This document shows positions 30,938 through 40,585 of a stretch of DNA of 64,000 nt, one piece after another. The position numbers and the translations under genes were made by a program. Source of the DNA: Patescibacteria group bacterium (lineage in GTDB: Bacteria; Patescibacteriota; Patescibacteriia; JAXHNJ01). Every line of letters begins with the position of its first letter. Position 1 is the first letter of the stretch. The notes beneath the pieces were generated by a model. The model was not told where the DNA came from. It did not search any database and saw nothing but the letters and a program-made list of their open reading frames with translations. The stretch lies in NCBI GenBank assembly GCA_034520665.1, contig JAXHNJ010000001.1:130579-194578 (forward strand). The letters are read 5' to 3'.

Positions 30938-31942
30938 ATGGCTATAGCTTCTCAAGAATTAGGAAAAGACTTTGAACAGGAGGAAAGAAAAATGCTTCTC
31001 CAGGAAACTTCTCCTGAGGTTTTTGATACAGAAAAACTTTCTAAATTTGCTGAGGAAGAGCTTAAATTGAAAGAAATAAAAAAAGCAACCAAAGGTTTAC
31101 TTGAAAAATATGTGGTAGAATATGGCTCGGAAGAAAAATCTTATTATCTTTCCAATAATTCCAATCATGATATGGAAAGAGTCTATCAAGATATGCTTTC
31201 TATTTATGAACAAATGCCAAAAGGGTCAGTACCAAGACCAGTTGAATATTTAGGTGATTCCCAATCAGTTTTTTACGAAGAGGTGAAGGGAAAAAATATT
31301 ATGGAAAAAATTGGACAAATGCCGGAAGAGAAAAAAGTGGCACTATTTAAAAATATTGGCGAACGTATGAAAGAATTTCACAGCATGGATATTAATAGAT
31401 TTGAACAGTCTAAAAAGATTCCAGATTCGGCCCTAGAAAATATTATGCAAACAGTGAGTATAAAATGTTTTGGGATTATTGAAAACAGAGATAGAAAGTT
31501 TAATCAGGAATTGAAGGCTCTTTACGAACAAATTATAAAAATGGAAAAAGAAATAAAAGAAAATTCTGAATTGGTCGTAAATCATGGTGATTTACATCCT
31601 GAGAATATTATTCAAGATGAAGAAGGTAGGGTGGGACTCATGGATTTAACTGATATTATGATTTCTTCGCGAGCCAAAGACATTGGTGGATTTTTTGAGC
31701 AGACGCGGGTAATGTTTAAGGAGAAAGGAGTAATAGTAGAGAAAAATAAGCTCAAAGAATACGAAAATTCTTTTTTAGAGGGATATAATAAAGATATAGA
31801 TAAAAAAGAAATTGATTTTTATCGAGCCTGGCAGTTATGGCGTAACGCTATGTATTGTGGCACTAAGAAAGACCCTGATTTTAATGAAGCTCGAAGAGAA
31901 TTAAGGGAAGCAACGGAAATAATTAAAGAAATTTCAGTTTAA
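30938..31942 (+). CDS. APH/choline-kinase-like phosphotransferase
   Basis: HGDLHPENI and DLTD motifs. Confidence 0.82.
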   Translation: MAIASQELGKDFEQEERKMLLQETSPEVFDTEKLSKFAEEELKLKEIKKATKGLLEKYVVEYGSEEKSYYLSNNSNHDMERVYQDMLSIYEQMPKGSVPRPVEYLGDSQSVFYEEVKGKNIMEKIGQMPEEKKVALFKNIGERMKEFHSMDINRFEQSKKIPDSALENIMQTVSIKCFGIIENRDRKFNQELKALYEQIIKMEKEIKENSELVVNHGDLHPENIIQDEEGRVGLMDLTDIMISSRAKDIGGFFEQTRVMFKEKGVIVEKNKLKEYENSFLEGYNKDIDKKEIDFYRAWQLWRNAMYCGTKKDPDFNEARRELREATEIIKEISV

Positions 31943-31947
31943 ATTTT

Positions 31948-32406
31948 ATGAATTTTAAAGAATTATCAATATTTTTAGCAAAAGCCAAGCAGAATACCTA
32001 TGCCAGTAGCGGTGAAGGGGGAGAGGAAGTATTAGCCGATGGGGCTAAGGAATTTTACTTTAAAGAAAATTCTTTTTATTATCGTGACCGTTATTATGGT
32101 TATAATCCATTTAGTGGGCAAGAAGTTGTTTTTTACAATAAAAAGTCAATTTGGACTATGAATTATTATGGAAAAGTTTTATCAGATAAAATTTCACCAA
32201 AAGAGATTTATAATTTTCTTAAAACGGCCTTATCAAAGGTCGATAAAAATAAGCCTTTCCGGGGGGCTTGTGATTTAATCAATGATAATTTTGAATATAA
32301 AAATAAAGCCAAGGGTAATTTAGCAGAATTTAGCGGCCGGGAAGAAATTTACTATAAAAAAAATTTAGTCTATAAACTAGATTATCACGGCGGATTGATT
32401 AATTAA
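31948..32406 (+). CDS. DUF5680-family protein
   Basis: FLAKAK..TYA, YRDRYYG, GQE.V, W.MNYYG, PFRG, YHGG. Confidence 0.82.
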   Translation: MNFKELSIFLAKAKQNTYASSGEGGEEVLADGAKEFYFKENSFYYRDRYYGYNPFSGQEVVFYNKKSIWTMNYYGKVLSDKISPKEIYNFLKTALSKVDKNKPFRGACDLINDNFEYKNKAKGNLAEFSGREEIYYKKNLVYKLDYHGGLIN

Positions 32407-32490
32407 TAAAATTTCTGATTTGATTGATTTTATATATTTTGTTAATCTAAAGCATTAAAGTTCCTTTAAATACAATTAGGAGGATCAGTA

Positions 32491-32838
32491 ATGAATGAAA
32501 AAGTTGTTAAGAAATTGTCTGAATTAGGCATTGCTTTTTTTGACGGAAAAGAATTTTCTCTGACTCAAAGCGGCAGTTTTTCTTTGGTAGCTATTAGCCA
32601 TCAATCAGAAGAACCAGACAGATTTGAAATAGTCCTATTAAAAAATCTTGTTGAAAAGTTGAGCCGTGAAAATAGTGGTAGTACTCGCAGGAAAACTTTA
32701 GCCGGCTTTAATACTTATATTTTTAGAAAGCAAGACAGATGTTGGACATTTTGTCGCAGAAGAAATCCTCGTGGATGGTTTCCGCAAAAAAAAGTTTTGT
32801 CAGCTTTAATTGAAAAAAGTTTAGAATATTCGTCTTAG
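32491..32838 (+). CDS. Hypothetical protein
   Basis: 115 aa; AGGAGG SD and a downstream hairpin. Confidence 0.65.
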   Translation: MNEKVVKKLSELGIAFFDGKEFSLTQSGSFSLVAISHQSEEPDRFEIVLLKNLVEKLSRENSGSTRRKTLAGFNTYIFRKQDRCWTFCRRRNPRGWFPQKKVLSALIEKSLEYSS

Positions 32839-32959
32839 TTTTTTATTTAACTTCTGATCTTTTTAAAGGTCAGAAGTTTTTTTATTAAAAAAAGAGGGGT
32901 GTCAAAGACAACCCTCAATATATAGACTTTTTTTAGTTTTTTAATACTTTAAAAAATTA

Positions 32960-33748
32960 TTATTTTTCAATATTATCTAACAATTCAGACATTTCTTGAT
33001 AAAAATGAGCTTGTATTTTTTCAGTTAATTCTTTTGCCTCTTTTCCGGACAATAAAGAAGTTTTTCCATTTTCAAACTCCGCTACTTTAATGGAATATTC
33101 GTTTTCATTATTATTCATTTCGTATATAGCTTGATCTTTTGGTTCTAAACTAGATTTAATTTTAGCTTTATCAGCTAATGTTTCCATAGGGACGAAACTA
33201 TTTAATTTATTAAAAGCTCTTTTTTCACCAATAAATTTATTAGTTTTATCATTATTAAGGACAATTCTATCAATTGAACCATTTGCTCCTTCATCTAAAT
33301 AACTCATTGAAGCCTTTTCATTTCCATGTAATAGCCATTCACTTTCATTTGGTTCCATTTCATTATTATAGTTATCATCTGAATAACCAACTGTTGTTAT
33401 TGATCCATCTGATGATTCAAGTCGCTTTACTGGAGTATTGCCCATTGTACCTTCTTGTCCTTTTTCATTTATAATAGATATTATTTTTTGGACTTTTTCA
33501 GCAGAATTTTCTACTAGTTTTTCAATTCTTTCTTTTGTTTTAATTTTTCTCCCTTCTCCTTTTTCCTGGGCTTTTAAAGATCTTATGCCGGGCATACTTA
33601 AAAGGGTTACTATGGCAGCTACTTTTCCGCCGTCTTTAATCTTTCTCCATAAAGTCGAGCTTATCTCTTTTTTATTCAAGGGTTTTTTTTCATTTTCTGG
33701 ACCGTTTTTTGAAATTTCTTCAGGTGGGGATTGTTCTCGGTTTCTCAT
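32960..33748 (-). CDS. Hypothetical protein
   Basis: 262 aa; own promoter TTGACT-N17-TAAAAT at 33778-33806. Confidence 0.75.
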   Translation of the reverse strand: MRNREQSPPEEISKNGPENEKKPLNKKEISSTLWRKIKDGGKVAAIVTLLSMPGIRSLKAQEKGEGRKIKTKERIEKLVENSAEKVQKIISIINEKGQEGTMGNTPVKRLESSDGSITTVGYSDDNYNNEMEPNESEWLLHGNEKASMSYLDEGANGSIDRIVLNNDKTNKFIGEKRAFNKLNSFVPMETLADKAKIKSSLEPKDQAIYEMNNNENEYSIKVAEFENGKTSLLSGKEAKELTEKIQAHFYQEMSELLDNIEK

Positions 33749-33880
33749 AATTTTTTAGTTTAATTATTATTTATTTTATTTTATAATTTTATTAAAATTA
33801 AGTCAAAATTCTCTATTTTACAAAAACCCATTTTTTTGTCAATATTGTATTATGACTAGAAAAGAACAAATGAAAAAAAG

Positions 33881-33905
33881 AAAAAAGGGAGCGCAAGCGC
33901 TCCCT
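33881..33905 (-). terminator. Intrinsic terminator of the ncRNA
   Basis: AGGGAGCGC-TT-GCGCTCCCT-TTTTT on the minus strand. Confidence 0.85.
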
Positions 33906-34160
33906 GTACACAGAACTCTCTAGGCCGAAGACCTTATGGTGTAGCATCTTCGGGGTTAGCTCAGATACTTGGGTGGTATTCCAATAACGACTCTTATCTA
34001 ACTGGCGTTAGATCCTCCTAGTCTCCCACCTATCCTATACTTTTCAATTCGCTCCCAGTAGAGCCAACGTAGGGGAGTCGAACCCGCTAGTCACGCGACA
34101 CTTTTAAGTCGCTTTTCATTTCCCGTAGGTAAACTAGTGACACCATCGCTGTTTCTGTGC
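33881..34160 (-). ncRNA. Unknown structured ncRNA containing a 23S rRNA L1-stalk (H76-78)-like domain and a T-arm
   Basis: Promoter directly upstream. Terminal stem GCACAGAA/TTCTGTGT, T-arm GGGTTCGACTCCC, TAGGATAGGTGGGAGACT...GCCA...GAGTC...GGAATACCACCC, intrinsic terminator, no long ORF. Confidence 0.8.
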
Positions 34161-34166
34161 TAATAT

Positions 34167-34194
34167 ATCTTACTATAGCAATAAATTAAGTCAA
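34167..34194 (-). promoter_or_regulatory. Sigma70-type promoter of the ncRNA
   Basis: TTGACT-N16-TAAGAT, with 6 nt between the -10 box and G34160. Confidence 0.65.
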
Positions 34195-34197
34195 CTT

Positions 34198-34773
34198 ATG
34201 GATAAAAACCAACAAATGAAACTAATTAAAGAAGAAGTTATAGCCTGTAAAAGATGTGAACTTAATAAAACTCGTACTTTGCCGGTAATCGGTCAGGGTT
34301 CTCATGAAGCAAAAATTATGTTTGTCGGCGAAGCGCCTGGAGCGCAGGAAAACAAAACCGGCCGGCCTTTTTGCGGGGCGGCCGGCAAAGTGCTTGATCA
34401 GCTTTTAGAGTCAATCGGAGCGGAGCGAGAGGAAATTTACATCGGTAATATTTTAAAGTGCCGGCCGCCCTCAAATCGTAACCCCGAGCTGGAGGAAATA
34501 GAAAGCTGCACCCCTTATCTTGACCGGCAAATTGAAATTATTCAGCCTCGGGCCATAGCGGCTTTGGGTAATTTCTCAGCCCGGTATTTGATGGAAAAAT
34601 ATGGTTTAGAGGATTTGATCCAGGGTATTAGCAAAATGAAAGGGCAGGTTTTTAGCCCTTCGGGCCAGGACTTTAAGTTAATCCCTCTTTTTCATCCAGC
34701 GGTGGCTACTTATAATCGCCATAAATTTGATGATTTGGCCCAGGATTTTAAAATTTTAAAAAAATATTTATGA
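34198..34773 (+). CDS. Uracil-DNA glycosylase family 4
   Basis: CxxC, VGEAPG, PFCG.AG, NILKCRPP.NR, FHPA. Confidence 0.95.
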   Translation: MDKNQQMKLIKEEVIACKRCELNKTRTLPVIGQGSHEAKIMFVGEAPGAQENKTGRPFCGAAGKVLDQLLESIGAEREEIYIGNILKCRPPSNRNPELEEIESCTPYLDRQIEIIQPRAIAALGNFSARYLMEKYGLEDLIQGISKMKGQVFSPSGQDFKLIPLFHPAVATYNRHKFDDLAQDFKILKKYL

Positions 34774-35393
34774 ATAAAAATAAATTAAACTACACCATAC
34801 TAGGAGTAATTATTTTAGGGATTTTATTTTTATTTTTTTATTTTTACTGGCCGATTGTTAATGAAAGATATGTTTCTCCGCCGGCTGTTTTAAATATTCC
34901 TAATACCAATACGGTTATAATTGAACCAGAAGAAAAAATTTCACCTTATGATAATTTAAAAAAAGTGATTATACCCAAGCTAGGCCAGGAGGCGGTTTTA
35001 ATCTTGCCGGAAAAAGATTTTATCAGTGACAAAAACGATTTTGTGGAAAATAATCTTGATAATGGAGTAGTGATGTATCCCAATAGTATAGAGGATTTAA
35101 AAAAAGAAAACTTAGCTCTTTTCGGTCATTCTTCTTCCATTCACCCCCGAGCCGAATACGCTTTGGTTTTTGTTAATTTGGATAAATTGGCTCTGGATGA
35201 TGAAATTATTTTAATGGATAAAAATGACGAACAGATAAAATATAAGGTTAATCAGGAACCAAAAATTATTGAATCCGATGCTTCAGAAATTGTAGGAAAA
35301 AATCAAGGAGAGGGGATAATTACCTTGGTCACCTGCTGGCCGCCCGGGACAACGCAGAAAAGGATTTATGTGACGGGTCAATTAGCGGAATAA
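34770..35393 (+). CDS. Sortase
   Basis: N-terminal TM; GHSS, TLVTC and R catalytic triad. Confidence 0.92.
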   Translation: MNKNKLNYTILGVIILGILFLFFYFYWPIVNERYVSPPAVLNIPNTNTVIIEPEEKISPYDNLKKVIIPKLGQEAVLILPEKDFISDKNDFVENNLDNGVVMYPNSIEDLKKENLALFGHSSSIHPRAEYALVFVNLDKLALDDEIILMDKNDEQIKYKVNQEPKIIESDASEIVGKNQGEGIITLVTCWPPGTTQKRIYVTGQLAE

Positions 35394-35516
35394 TATAGTA
35401 TGGTTTTAGGCTTAGCGGCGGGTAAGGTTTTGGTGGTTAGGTTTAGAATAGAAAACCATTGGAAACTACCTAGTATAAAACAAACTGCCAAGGAAGCCCT
35501 TAAAATTACCCGAGAA

Positions 35517-36305
35517 GCGCGGATCTCCTGATCCGCGTGGCTTTTCCGGTTGGATCAGGAGATCCAACCTTTTCGAAAAAAAATTAAAAAATATCCCTGC
35601 GTAGGTGCGGGTCGCGACCCGCACCTACCTAAGATAAAAACAAAACCATAAACTCTGGCAAAGCCATAACTGGATAGAAAATATTTTTTCTATAAAATTT
35701 TTAAAACAAAAACTTAATTACATCCACAATAACCCTGTCCGGGCCAAACTGGTTAAAAACCCCGAAGATTATAAATATTCAGGTTATTATAATTATTATT
35801 TAAATGATTCTTTAATAAAGACAGATTAATAATTTTAGAGAATTTAGCTTTTTGAAAATTATTTTAGTATTTATAATAAAAAGGGTCGGCCAAAGCCCTC
35901 GCTTTGGCTTTATTTTAGAGGCGAGCGAGGGCTCACCTCTACCCGAATTATTCTAACCCCTGGAGATAAATCTCCAGCTACGCGGAATGAGATGTTTGTT
36001 TACGCCTAGGTAAAAGATTGCGAGTTTCACGGATATCGAATAATAAATTTTTTTTCTCACGCGTAGGCGGAGATTTATCTCCGCGTTTAAATAAAACCGC
36101 CTAAGCGGGAATCAGAGATTCCCGCCTTGCTTTCTCACAATTAAATTTGTATTAATTATTTTAATAGTAGCTGTTATTCGCGACTGACAGCTACGAGTTA
36201 TTATTGATAGCTAACCTAGGCTAAATCTAATCATAAGGATCTCTCCACTGCGGTCGAGATGGTACGAGGGTTTATTAATCGCGAGGAAATCCTTATGGAA
36301 GATTT
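35517..36305. repeat. Cluster of several REP-like palindrome families
   Basis: GGATCTCCTGATCC/GGATCAGGAGATCC pair; 28-bp GTAG palindrome at 35601-35628; GGAGATAAATCTCC pair; GCGGGAATC-AGA-GATTCCCGC; 36167-36194; GIY-YIG-type repeat at 36237-36262. Confidence 0.8.
35654..35781 (+). pseudogene. Fragment of the RAYT transposase 3' region
   Basis: 128-bp near-identical copy of 45227-45354 (WQS..WIENIFS...YIHNNPV). Confidence 0.88.
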
Positions 36306-36360
36306 CAGTCTTCTAATAAGCCACATCAGCTTAATAATAATTAAATTAAAAAACTATCAA

Positions 36361-36413
36361 ATAGGACATTTCTAAATAATCCAAAGTAGGACATTTCTAT
36401 TTCAACCTTTACA
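36361..36413. mobile_element. Isolated IS terminus remnant (IS1202/IS481-like)
   Basis: Two TAGGACATTTCTA direct repeats followed by a terminal ACA; no transposase adjacent. Confidence 0.5.
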
Positions 36414-36520
36414 TGAATAACTTAAGTATTGACAAAAAAGCAAATTTAGAGTAATTTAAGGGGGTTTATAAGATAAGTGATTAGTAAATTAATATTAATT
36501 TAATTATTAAAAAAATATAT

Positions 36521-37618
36521 ATGAGAGAAAGAGAAAAAAATATACCGGAAGATGAGATAAATAAAAAAGGTGAGGAAATTACAGAGAAAAATGAAAATTT
36601 AGAAAAAAAAGAAATAGAAGTTGATTCTAGTCAAGAAGAAAGAGAAGAAGATGAAAAAATCGAAAAAATTAGGGAAGAAATTGATAAAATAAATTATGAT
36701 CATGAAAATGAAACCCCCCAAGATATTAAAGACAAGCCCCCAGTTCAAGAATCTATTAAGCCAGAAGGCTTAGCCCAGAAATTACAAAAAGATCGCTTAA
36801 ATGTATTGGTTGAGAACGCTCGCCATATTCTAGGGGAAAAAGCCAGTAATCAAGAGGTTAAAAATTTATCAAGAGAAACATTTAGAGAATATATTAAAGC
36901 TATATTTTTTTCAGCTAAACCTAGATCAAAAGAAAAATTAATGAAACAAACTGAAATATCCGGCAAAGAAGAATTAGGCAGGGCTTTAGAAGAAAATAAT
37001 AAAGCTATTGTGGTAACTTCGCATATGGCCTATTTTCCTACCGCTATGAAAATGATTCCTGAATTAATGCCGGAAAAAACCAGAGGTAATACCTTGGTAG
37101 AGAAAAATCCACTTTGGCCTTTAATAAAAGTTGGCAAGAAAATTGGTGAACTTTTTAAAGGTGATGACCCTAAGGCTAAAAAATTTGATATGCTGGTTAA
37201 AGATTCTAAAAACCCCCGCACTCTTTTGTCAATAATAAAGCGTTTAAAGAAAGCTAGCCCTGAACAAAAAGAAATGCTTTTTATGGCTGCTGATAGAGGA
37301 GATCTTTCTCCTGATCGCCGTAAAACAAAAGTTAATTTTTTTGATACTAAAGTAAATTTTCCTACCGGTCCAGCTACTATATCTGAACATACAGACGCTC
37401 CAATATTACCGACTTATGTAGTTAGGGAAGGGGATAAATTTAAAATTAAAATTGGAGAAACAATTAAAAGAAATACTGATTTATCTTCAGAAGAGGCTAA
37501 TAATGAGATTATGCAAAAGGTAGCGGATTTTTTTGAACAAGGCATCAGAGAACATCCTGAACAATGGCCTATGTATCGCCATGATTATTGGCCTGGGCAA
37601 AAAGATTATAAAGATTAA
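36521..37618 (+). CDS. LpxL/PatA-family acyltransferase with long acidic N-terminus
   Basis: IVVTSH, MAADR, FF, FPTGPA, IREHPEQW. The usual HxxxxE/D motif reads HMAYFP. Confidence 0.75.
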   Translation: MREREKNIPEDEINKKGEEITEKNENLEKKEIEVDSSQEEREEDEKIEKIREEIDKINYDHENETPQDIKDKPPVQESIKPEGLAQKLQKDRLNVLVENARHILGEKASNQEVKNLSRETFREYIKAIFFSAKPRSKEKLMKQTEISGKEELGRALEENNKAIVVTSHMAYFPTAMKMIPELMPEKTRGNTLVEKNPLWPLIKVGKKIGELFKGDDPKAKKFDMLVKDSKNPRTLLSIIKRLKKASPEQKEMLFMAADRGDLSPDRRKTKVNFFDTKVNFPTGPATISEHTDAPILPTYVVREGDKFKIKIGETIKRNTDLSSEEANNEIMQKVADFFEQGIREHPEQWPMYRHDYWPGQKDYKD

Positions 37619-37646
37619 TAAATAATAAAATATTAATAACTTCATT

Positions 37647-38487
37647 CCATTTCGACCCCCTCGACTCTCTCACTTTTTTGTTTGCTCGGGACAAGCCCCT
37701 CATCGGTTCGTCTTCGCTCACCGCAGGCATAGTTCGGGACAAGTCGACGCCCCCCCCCTTACCATTTCGACTAAGGTCCCGCAGGGACCGCATGGAGAAA
37801 TCCTGTTAAATTAACCATAAGGATCTCTCCGCTTCGTCGCGCTGAGCGCGACTGCGGTCGAGATGGTTTAATATTTTATACTTTATGGATTAATCTAAAA
37901 ATAATTTATGAAAAATAGAGTCTATTGTATATATATAATGACCAATAAGAATAATACTACCTTCTATGTTGGCTTTTCCAGCACCCTTAAAGAAAGAGTT
38001 TATACGCATAAAAAGAAATTAGTCGATGGATTTACTAAAAGATATAATTTAACTAAACTGGTTTATTATGAATGTGATGATGATTATGAAGCCGTTTTAA
38101 ACAGGGAAAAGCAAATAAAGAAATGGCGGCGTGAAAAGAAAATAGCTTTAATAAAAAATAAAAACCCTGAATTTAAAGACTTATATGATGAAATTGATAT
38201 GGAGTAAATAAGATCTCTTGTCCCATTCACCATTTCGACTGCTTTTTACCCCATTACCATTTCGACCGCCTTTTACCTCCTTACCATTTCGACTCCCTCG
38301 ACTCTCTCACTTTGTTCGCTCGCTCGGGACAGGCTGAGTGGAGAAAACCTTCTAAAGTAGTCATAAGGATTTCTCTGTTCGTCCTTCCCCTTCGATTATA
38401 CTCAGGGTCAGTCCTCAGTCGAGACGGTATGAGGGTTTTTATGGGGCGAGGGTTTATTAATCGCGAGGAAATCCTTATGGAAGATTC
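37647..38487. repeat. REP-like repeats flanking the GIY-YIG gene
   Basis: Multiple CCATTTCGAC...GGAGAAATCC and inverse GGATCTCTCC...GTCGAGATGG units, several with nested hairpins. Confidence 0.8.
37908..38207 (+). CDS. GIY-YIG nuclease family protein
   Basis: IYIMTN...YVG...ER...H, FTKRYN..KLVYYE, REKQIKKWRREKK, NP..DL. Confidence 0.92.
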   Translation: MKNRVYCIYIMTNKNNTTFYVGFSSTLKERVYTHKKKLVDGFTKRYNLTKLVYYECDDDYEAVLNREKQIKKWRREKKIALIKNKNPEFKDLYDEIDME

Positions 38488-38564
38488 TATTACTTTTTTA
38501 TGTCATGTCAGGCCGTGGATTATTTAAGTATTAACAAAAAAACAAATTTAGAGTAACTTAGGGT

Positions 38565-38618
38565 GTTATTAACTGGGTTAATAACTTGATTGACAAGATC
38601 ATCTAGTTTTTGTAAGAT
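38565..38618 (+). promoter_or_regulatory. Operator palindrome plus sigma70 promoter
   Basis: GTTATTAAC-TGG-GTTAATAAC followed by TTGACA-N17-TAAGAT. Confidence 0.75.
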
Positions 38619-38720
38619 AAGCTAATACTCACAAAAATAAATAAAAAAAGCTAATATTAGCAAAAACAACAACTTTATATATCTAAAGGGAGGGATTTAA
38701 AAATTAAGTTAAAAAAAATT

Positions 38721-40421
38721 ATGAGAAAAATTAATAGAAAAAATGGCTTTACCAAAGCCTTAAATCTACTTACTTTAGGGGCCCTAGTGGTCTATGCTTC
38801 CTTTTTGGGAGTGTTTTTTATGCCTCAGGAAGTTGATTCCTCAGCCAGTTATAACAGTCTTTTAGTTTTGGAAAACAAGTATAATGAGGATAGTGTAAAT
38901 CAGTGGGAATTTATTGATGATGATGGTATTAAGGGATACCTGCTTTATAATTCCTATGGGCCAGAGTTTGAGTATAGATTTGAGGCTAACGGTTTAAATG
39001 ATCAGGACTATGTTCTTATTTATTATGCCGATCCTTATCCGGGCAGTCCGGCTCTTATGATAGATGAAGGCACTGCTTCTGGTGGAAATTTGGTATTACA
39101 AGGAAGTAATAACACCGGAGATTTACCATATGATAGTGATCCCAATAAATATAATCTTGTTCCAGATAACTATGTACACCGAACTGGAGCTAAAATTTGG
39201 TTAATTCCAGCTTCTGATTATGATGCTGATAATGAAAAAACAACTATTAACTGGCATCCACATTCAGAGACAGACCTTTTATTTGAAACCGATTTAATTC
39301 ATTACACTAAAACAACAGATTTGAACAAAGAATTGATTTTAGAAAACAAAGATAGCAACTGGGATATTGTTCCCGATACTACTCAAGCCAGACTGTACTA
39401 TAATGATTATGCTGAAAAGTTTAATTATAAACTAAAGGCAAGTGGTTTAGAAATTAATCAGACTTACGCTTTGATTTATTATGCAGATCAACAGGAAAGA
39501 TTTGATAATTGGGGAGGGGATAATCCCGGTGCATTAATAACAGAAGTAATTGCAAATGAAAAAGGTAATATTACTGAAACAGGACATAAAGATTTGGGAA
39601 TGAATCTTCCAGAGGATTCAGACTGGAATAATAGTGAAGACGCTGATTATTGTAATTATCATAATGGTTATGATGATTATGACCATTGTAATGGAGCAAA
39701 GATTTGGTTAGTGCCTTCAGATGATTATAATGAGACAGACAACCAACTTACTTCTTGGAATCCGGATAATTACTTATTTGAAACAGATTTGATAACTTAT
39801 ACTAAAGCTACAGAAGATTGTCCTAATTTAAAAGAACTTTTTGAAGAGGCATATCAATCTGAAGAAGGCGATGATAGTGGGAAATATGAAGCAGTTTTAG
39901 ATTTTGATGATGATGGTAAAATTAGTTTAAGTGATTTTGGAGTTTTAGGTAATAATTTTGATAATTCTGAATGGTGTGGGGATATATTAAAAGAGTTAGA
40001 GCCAGAAAAGGGATTATCAGATGATTCAAATTTATCACCAATTTCAGAAGTTTCTAGTACTGAAGAATTAGAAAAAAATAATGATGTAAATGATAAAATA
40101 GATAGTAGTCATTCAGTTGAAATAAAACCAGTTATAAAAGAAAAGTTAGCCTCTAAAGAAAACACTCTTACTATTACCGGAAATCCTACTAATAATCTTC
40201 AAGAAGAAGAAAAAACAGCTGATCAAGTAGTTACTAGTAATGATAATTCAGTCACAAAAAATGAATCAACTGATAAAACAGTTAGTCAGACGGATGGTGA
40301 AGTGCAAGGAGCTACTGATAATAAAATTGATAATAAAGTGATTGAAACTGAAAATGAATTGCCCCAAGCTGGTACTAATTTTTTGACTTGGCTGGTTGAT
40401 TTGTTTTCATTTGGTATTTAA
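38721..40421 (+). CDS. Surface protein with duplicated domain, dockerin/EF-hand-like motif and LPQAG
   Basis: Signal peptide; two copies of LENK...LIYYAD...GAKIWL.P...LFETDLI; DFDDDGKISLSDFG; ELPQAG. Confidence 0.85.
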   Translation: MRKINRKNGFTKALNLLTLGALVVYASFLGVFFMPQEVDSSASYNSLLVLENKYNEDSVNQWEFIDDDGIKGYLLYNSYGPEFEYRFEANGLNDQDYVLIYYADPYPGSPALMIDEGTASGGNLVLQGSNNTGDLPYDSDPNKYNLVPDNYVHRTGAKIWLIPASDYDADNEKTTINWHPHSETDLLFETDLIHYTKTTDLNKELILENKDSNWDIVPDTTQARLYYNDYAEKFNYKLKASGLEINQTYALIYYADQQERFDNWGGDNPGALITEVIANEKGNITETGHKDLGMNLPEDSDWNNSEDADYCNYHNGYDDYDHCNGAKIWLVPSDDYNETDNQLTSWNPDNYLFETDLITYTKATEDCPNLKELFEEAYQSEEGDDSGKYEAVLDFDDDGKISLSDFGVLGNNFDNSEWCGDILKELEPEKGLSDDSNLSPISEVSSTEELEKNNDVNDKIDSSHSVEIKPVIKEKLASKENTLTITGNPTNNLQEEEKTADQVVTSNDNSVTKNESTDKTVSQTDGEVQGATDNKIDNKVIETENELPQAGTNFLTWLVDLFSFGI

Positions 40422-40448
40422 GCATTGTAAAATTAAAGACTCAAATAT

Positions 40449-40479
40449 AAAAGAGGGCTCAAAAATGAGCTCTCTTTTT
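40449..40479 (+). terminator. Intrinsic terminator
   Basis: AAAAGAGGGCTC-AAAAAT-GAGCTCTCTTTTT. Confidence 0.75.
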
Positions 40480-40585
40480 GTCGGAATAAACCTTCTCTCT
40501 TGGCTAAAAGAGGGCTTGACCCGCCCAAATTTATTAAAATTTAGGCCAGGGTTGACAAAAACTCAAATTTAGAGTAACTTGAGGT

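Noticed and set aside
33881-34160. tmRNA, tRNA, RNase P RNA, SRP RNA or rRNA gene
   Set aside because: The T-arm is not followed by an acceptor strand or CCA. There is no GAGGAAAGTCC or SRP core motif, and rRNA similarity is limited to ~70 nt.
37569-38527. ORFs 37569-37793 (-) and 38312-38527 (+)
   Set aside because: They consist of palindromic repeat DNA with no recognisable protein features.
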